This document shows positions 33,101-38,299 of a stretch of 38,299 nucleotides of DNA, in pieces. The position numbers and the translations under genes are program-made. Position 1 is the first letter of the stretch. The number at the start of each line of letters is the position of its first letter. The notes under the pieces were generated by a model. It ran no database searches. It saw only the letters and a list, made by a program, of their open reading frames with translations, and was not told where the DNA came from. The DNA lies in NCBI GenBank assembly GCA_000708835.1, contig DF237692.1, positions 1 through 38,299 of the forward strand. Reading direction: 5' to 3'. This stretch comes from Klebsormidium nitens. Taxonomy: Eukaryota > Plantae > Klebsormidiophyceae.

Positions 33101-36100
33101 ACCTAGAGATGGGGTCATCCGACGAAGTCGCACGTGGCTACGTGGCGACGTTAAGGCAGTGAGTCCGGCCTCAAGTGTCGCCAATGGTCATAGTCATATC
33201 GCAAATGGGGCGACAGAAAGAGTTGCCAACGGGGTCCCTAAGTCGCCCGCGATGGGAGTTGTCCCACGAGGACCTCATGGATATCCTCGGGAATCTTAAG
33301 TATGTGAAAGTCGAAGACTCGCCTACATTTGTACCGTGATCACGACTTACCCCTATGAAAATAATCCGGAGGAATTGCCCTAAGCCCAAGATGACAAGCG
33401 TCTCACGACAGTCTCACGAACGACTTGCAGGATCCAACCACACCAGAAGACTCGCCACCAATCGTGCCGTTTCTACGACTTACCTCTACGAAGAAGTATC
33501 CGGAGGGGTTGTCCTTGCCCGATTCGCGCGCGAGCGTGTCCAGGGGGCACAGGATGCGGTCGCGGAACTGGGTCAGCCGTTGCGAACCAAGTATCAGGTG
33601 CTCTTGATACTGTACAGGAAGCGAGGCGGAGGTTTCATTATCAGACTAGGTTTCCGACCCTGAAATGAGAGATTGTTAACTGTCAAAACGCCGTACGATT
33701 AAGCCGAGGCGCGCTGACGGACCTCGATGGCACATACTTGAAGCGCTCAGATGAGCTGGCAGTGGGTAATACCGACCTGGACAGAGACAGGCCTCTGCGC
33801 CTGTCAAAGCGCGAACGATTCCACAAACCTCATGAAGGAGCCAAACAAGCAGGATTGCAGCTAAATCCACCCGGCGTTTGAGTGATACTTGCCAATTACC
33901 TGTCGAGTTCGTGCAAAAGAAGTTTGTAACGGTGGAGGATATCATTCAATCAGCCACTTTGCAAACGCTTTGGACTTGCCCCGGTGTTCCTGTTGCTGGC
34001 GTCAAAGACGCGCCCGATGATCACGACCTCCGGCGGAACTGGTTCGGCGCACGAAGGGAACATATCGTCCTGCGGTCCAAGAGAGCAGCCGACTTCGAAC
34101 GTAAGAACCACCCACTGAGTGCAGGAAACCAGGTTTGAATGACCTCCATGGGTTTATGAATGTTGTTTCTTAGCAGAAACAAACTCTTTCCAACACAGCT
34201 ATACTACCAAGTCTAGACCAGTTTTTTCATATCTGTTAAGATTCAGACCAGCCGACTTGTAGTTGCTCTCTGGTAAATCAGTACGTTTTCTTAATGTCTC
34301 CGTTTTGCTAGCAGGGGGGTAGCGGCCCATCAGACTTCTGGAATTTGTCAACACGTTGGCTAACAGCGCATGGCTTCAAAATTCGCCCCAATTGACTCAA
34401 TGGACACCTGGATATAAGCAACCAACGAACGTCACGGTTTGTTGCTCTTGCAACAGGCAGCGGGGTATAAAGACAGATGAGAAAGGAATGAAGTGTTACC
34501 TGGGTAAAGCAGTGCGTCTTCTTGTAGGAGACGGCGGCCCTTTGATCTTCCGGACAGTCCCTGCAGGACCGAGGGTAAGGAGATGTCAGTACTTTGTCGA
34601 ATAAGGGGAGGAAATTAGAAGAAATAAGGGGCTGGTTGGAGGGTTGAATGATCCCCCCCCCCCCAAAGGAAGAAACGGCGTGGTTTCCAAACCTTGGCAA
34701 GGAGTCGCAGTCGTCTGCCGTTATGCGGTCGCCTTTCGTCCGGGAAGAGCGGTAGCATTGTCAACCAGAACTTTAGCAGGGGGCTTAGAAAATCTCAGGA
34801 GACCGACGACCGCCTAAGCGAGGAGGATCCGATGCTGCAGGACGGTGCTATACAATCTTCAAACAACTCACAAGTATGTTCTTCCAGAACAACAGATGGC
34901 AGACTGACAGCACCTTTTGAGTTAGACGACATCAACGGATTGAGGACCAATAATGCCGTGCCTAGAGGAAGTGATCAGAAGCCTAAACTCGAAGCCACAA
35001 CCAAACTCTTCGTACCGTATGCAGCGCAGCGGCGCCTTGTTCCGCATCCTCTCCCGGTACACTCTCCACTCTGCCAGCGTCGCAAGCATCCCCTGGGTCG
35101 CCCCGTTCTCCGCCCATGATCCCTGCAGGCAGAGCCAGAAATTCGCAATGGATAAGGGGTAGCACAAAAATCGTATCGCTACTGTGTCTCTCTCGTTGTC
35201 AAAGCGTGGCGCTCCGGATGCACTGGTGTTGGAAACTTTGCCCTGTTTCGCCCATGATCCCTGCAGGCAAAGCGCAGAAGTTCACTATGGATGAAGGATA
35301 GCACAAACATTGCATCCCTACTGTGTCTCTTTCGTTGCCAAAGAATGGCGCTCCAGGTTCGGTGGGGTTGGAAGCTTTGCCCTGTTTCGCCCCACGATCT
35401 CTGCAGGCCGAAGCGCAGAAGTTTGCAGTAAATGAAGGATAGTGCAAAAATCGTAACGCTACTGTGCCTCTTCCGTTCTTTAAGAATAACGCTCCAGATT
35501 TGGTGGTTTTGGAAGCTTTTGCCCTGTTTCGCCCCACGATCCTTGCAGGCGAAGGGCAGAGATCATAATCGATGAGGGATACCGCAGATGATGTCTGCCT
35601 TTCGTCGTCAAATTTTGGACGTTCTAGATACGTTGTTCTTGGAAAGTGGGTCCTCTTATGCCCCAAACCCTTTGCGAAACCCTTGTATTCAAGCCCCAGG
35701 GCTGCCAAAGGCTGCAAGACTGAAGTTGACTACGTTCAAATCGGGCGGCTGCACCGCAAACTGGCCAGTTCAAACTTCAGCGATCCGCTTGCCTGGGGGA
35801 GCCGCCCGGAGCGCGCTGCCTGTCTCGCCGCCTTCCGCTTCTCCTTCCGCTGCGCCTCTTTTTTCTGCTTCTCTTTCTGCTTCGCTGCCGAGTTTTGCCC
35901 CCCTGGTAAGCCGTTGGCTCGTGTTTCGGTCTGGGGGGCTTGTGCTGGCTCGGTGCCTTCCCCCCCACCGTGAACTGCAGCGCCGTTGGCTTGGCTATGC
36001 ACCTGTGTTCCGTTCTGGGGGGCTTGTGCTGGGTCTGTGCCTTCCCCCCCACTATGAACCGCAAAATCGTTTGCTTCTAAGCGCATCTCCAGTCCGTTTT

Positions 36101-38173
36101 CGAAAGCTGGTTCAAGCTCGTTGATTCCCAGGGAGCGTAACGACTGTGCTGGTGAACCCTCGGCTGGCAAGCCGGCCGCTGTCCGATCTTCCAGTGGTGC
36201 TGACTGAACAGTTTCGTGCATGCTGGCTGCGACTATAGGTTGCTGACTGTGCGAAACTCCTAAGTCCGCAAGTGACTCTATCCCCTCTGTTTTGGGAGCA
36301 CTAAGCGCTGATAGTGAAGGACTCTGTAAGGGTTGGCCCAACTGGTTCTCTGGCTCAATCGCATGATCTTGGTTCAATGTGGGGAAAGTATCTGCCAGAT
36401 CTGGTGGGGGTTTCAGTGCTTCCAAGAGGGAGTCTATGGATTCTCGCCCCGGAGATTGCGCTTCGGCTCTGCTGAGAAGAACGTCACCTGACTCTCGCTC
36501 TGGTGACTGGATGTCTGCATCGCCTAGTAAAAGGGTCAAGGGGTCTACGGAGGGCGCTGGGGTCGCTCCTGTAAAGTCTAGAGCTTCCTGTGAAGCTTTT
36601 TGCTGCATGGAGGCGCCTAGTCCTCCGTTCTCAACTGCTTGCCTAAGATCTGCTGCATCCCCCGTTTGGAATTTTAACTCTTCAAATTCCATGGAGCCTA
36701 AGAAAAGCTGACTATCTAGGGCAGCGCTGGGGCCAGTCCCATTGGCTTCTTCTCCTGGGGATGTCTCTGCCCTCTTTTTCTGGCGTTCGGAATAGGGAGG
36801 GCGCTTCACGAAGCTGCCTGCTCTCCCATGAGCATGCAGAGCCTGGACCAAAGAGGAGAACAGGACAATCTCGATGACATACAAAGAAGGAAGTCAACTC
36901 CAAACCATTCTTGAGTTCTGACCTCTGAACAAGCATGATCTGATCTTCGTGCAACTCATTGACAGAATTTCATCTTTGTGCAACTTATTGACAGATTCCC
37001 ATTCTTGTGTAACGCTGAGCACTTGGGAAGAAAGAGAGAGGGAACAAACCAACGGATACACAGAAGTATAACAAAAATGTGGACGCCATGGCCAGAGAAA
37101 GAAGATGTTGCCTTCTGTAACCTTCTGTAAAACTTTTCTGACATCCACAGAAGCAATCAAAAGTGCATTAGCCATACCTTCCAGCAAGTTTTTGAGGGAA
37201 GTGGCCTGCCTTACTTGCAAATCATGAGTGAGCATCTCTTGCAGTATCTGTTCAACCGGCTGCATTTGTAGTTCGTGGCAGCTGCAAGACAATGGGATAG
37301 AAGAAGTTAGAAAAGAACGGGAAAATCAAAAGAAAGAGGTTTGTTGCGAACGGAAATGCTGGGATATGCGCGCTGTTCATTCAACATTTGAGCTCAAGCA
37401 GCAGTTCTGAGCTACAACAAGTCCTGAAAGCAAAGCGCATCACGCCATAGGGAGGCAATTCCGAGGCGGAACAAAGGAAACCACCAAAGCGCAGGGACTT
37501 ATGTTCCAAGCAAACTTGAAAACAGGGTCTGAATCAGTCTACACAACATAACGCCACCATGGAAGGAACTTAGCCAAGGGTTGTACCTTATGTCGACCGG
37601 TTGTGGTGAAATTTTGAGACAAGAGTCCACCAAATCCTGGATGTCCTGCAATAAAAAGACTCTCTGACTTTCCAGTTGTTCGAACAAAAGATCTTCAATT
37701 TATGACCAATAAAAGCAAGACTTCTCAGAAAATTGCTGCCCGTCTATGCATTTGGTGCTCCCTCCAAGGCTTCAGATATTTGAGAACCTTATGTGGCTTT
37801 GCAAGATGCTGACACCGAGAAATTTGAAAAAGTAACGCACCCGCAATTGTGCCAAGCACGTCTCTTTGAACTGCCTGATCTGCACAAAGTCCGACACAAA
37901 CTCGCCGCGCAGGAGGGGCGCACCAACCGCTCCAGCTCCAGAGAAAGACTTTGCTTCAGCTAGGGGCCAGGGGAGCTGCTCAAACCGCGGAGGTGTGCTG
38001 GCAACCGGAGCAAGCTCATAGTGCTGGAACAAGTCGTCCAAAGTCGCCACAGCATTGCCTCCAACCGCTTCTCCTTGAACAAGGAGATTCTCTGGAGTCT
38101 CAGCATCCTCATCGTCGTCATCTCTCAAGAGCTCCGCTTCGAGCTGGTGTATTTCCACGATGGGGGCCGCCAT
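30180..38173 (-). CDS. SNAPC3: snRNA-activating protein complex subunit 3 (SNAP50 / plant SRD2 orthologue), ~794 aa, 14 exons
   Basis: complement(join(30180..30266,30695..30751,31023..31073,31417..31474,31731..31768,32498..32698,33484..33609,33980..34069,34500..34560,35016..35122,35793..36842,37215..37281,37587..37645,37841..38173)) is 2385 nt with consistent phases. Motifs: PPEVVI, YQEHLILGSQRLTQFRDRILC, PSGYFFVE|DTFFDDMR, FEDLNVRVGAEYLYCHQ|GNCEH, AYPL, KKCHICC, PESPCLFCEQ|CFDALH. The 5' exons and the long 1050-nt exon are less certain. Confidence 0.88.
32100..32460 (-). repeat. Four degenerate intronic copies of the 3' end of the SNAPC3 YLYCHQ exon
   Basis: Variants of tactccgctccgacccgcacgttcaggtcttcaaacg occur near 32125, 32230, 32300 and 32408, and some retain the ttcttacctgg donor complement. 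Confidence 0.8.
35113..35600 (-). repeat. ~139-bp tandem array (4 units) duplicating a SNAPC3 acceptor site and exon start
   Basis: ccca(t/c)gatc..tgcaggc occurs at about 35113, 35251, 35391 and 35533. The 35113 unit contains the functional acceptor ctgcag|ggatcatggg. Confidence 0.9.
35920..36070 (-). repeat. Coding ~81-bp duplication (2 x 27 aa) in the long SNAPC3 exon
   Basis: VHSGGEGTDPAQAPQ and VHGGGEGTEPAQAPQ are spaced 27 aa apart. Confidence 0.8.
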
Positions 38174-38299
38174 GGCCTTCGTTTTAGCTAAGAAGACTTG
38201 GAGAACCTGAAATGAACCAGTGAAACGCAACGATTGCAGTTTATGAGCAGAAGGTCGTTTTCAAAACCCTTATCGAAAGAAACCCCATCCGAGCGGGGT

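Noticed and set aside
33075-33663. Plus-strand ORFs inside SNAPC3 (ANG-containing peptide; 102-aa ORF)
   Set aside because: Short, no recognisable homology, and partly the antisense shadow of a real exon.
34654-34665. C12 homopolymer
   Set aside because: An ordinary intronic simple repeat.
34693-34790. Possible extra SNAPC3 exon (RRPHNGRRLRLLAK|gtttgg)
   Set aside because: The acceptor is weak, and the model is phase-consistent and motif-complete without it.
1-38299. tRNA, rRNA or snRNA genes
   Set aside because: I saw no cloverleaf or recognisable structural RNA by eye; Infernal or tRNAscan would be needed to exclude them.

Overview
Eukaryotic, intron-rich, GC-rich genomic DNA. It is most consistent with a streptophyte alga such as Klebsormidium (inferred from plant-type Di19, METTL4 and SNAPC3/SRD2 orthologues and from splice-site style). 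I reconstructed four conserved spliced genes by hand with consistent intron phases: Di19 (+, with a U12 AT-AC intron), RPN7 (-), METTL4/MT-A70-like (+, one tiny exon not found) and SNAPC3/SRD2 (-, two probable GC-AG introns). There is also a tandem pair of MYND-finger genes (-), one intact and one frameshifted. The left ~6 kb looks like a large transposon. It holds a Cys-rich KDZ/CxC-type transposase-like gene (-) that runs off the window. One of its introns (965-1628) fully contains an antisense, intronless gene for an F-box-like plus XPA-like Zn-finger protein. Upstream lie about 2.5 kb of arrays built from palindromic modules. Two MITE-like elements are present, one with an 8-bp TSD. Introns of RPN7 and SNAPC3 repeatedly carry degenerate tandem echoes of neighbouring exon edges, including splice sites. 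All family assignments come from recalled motifs; no database searches were run.
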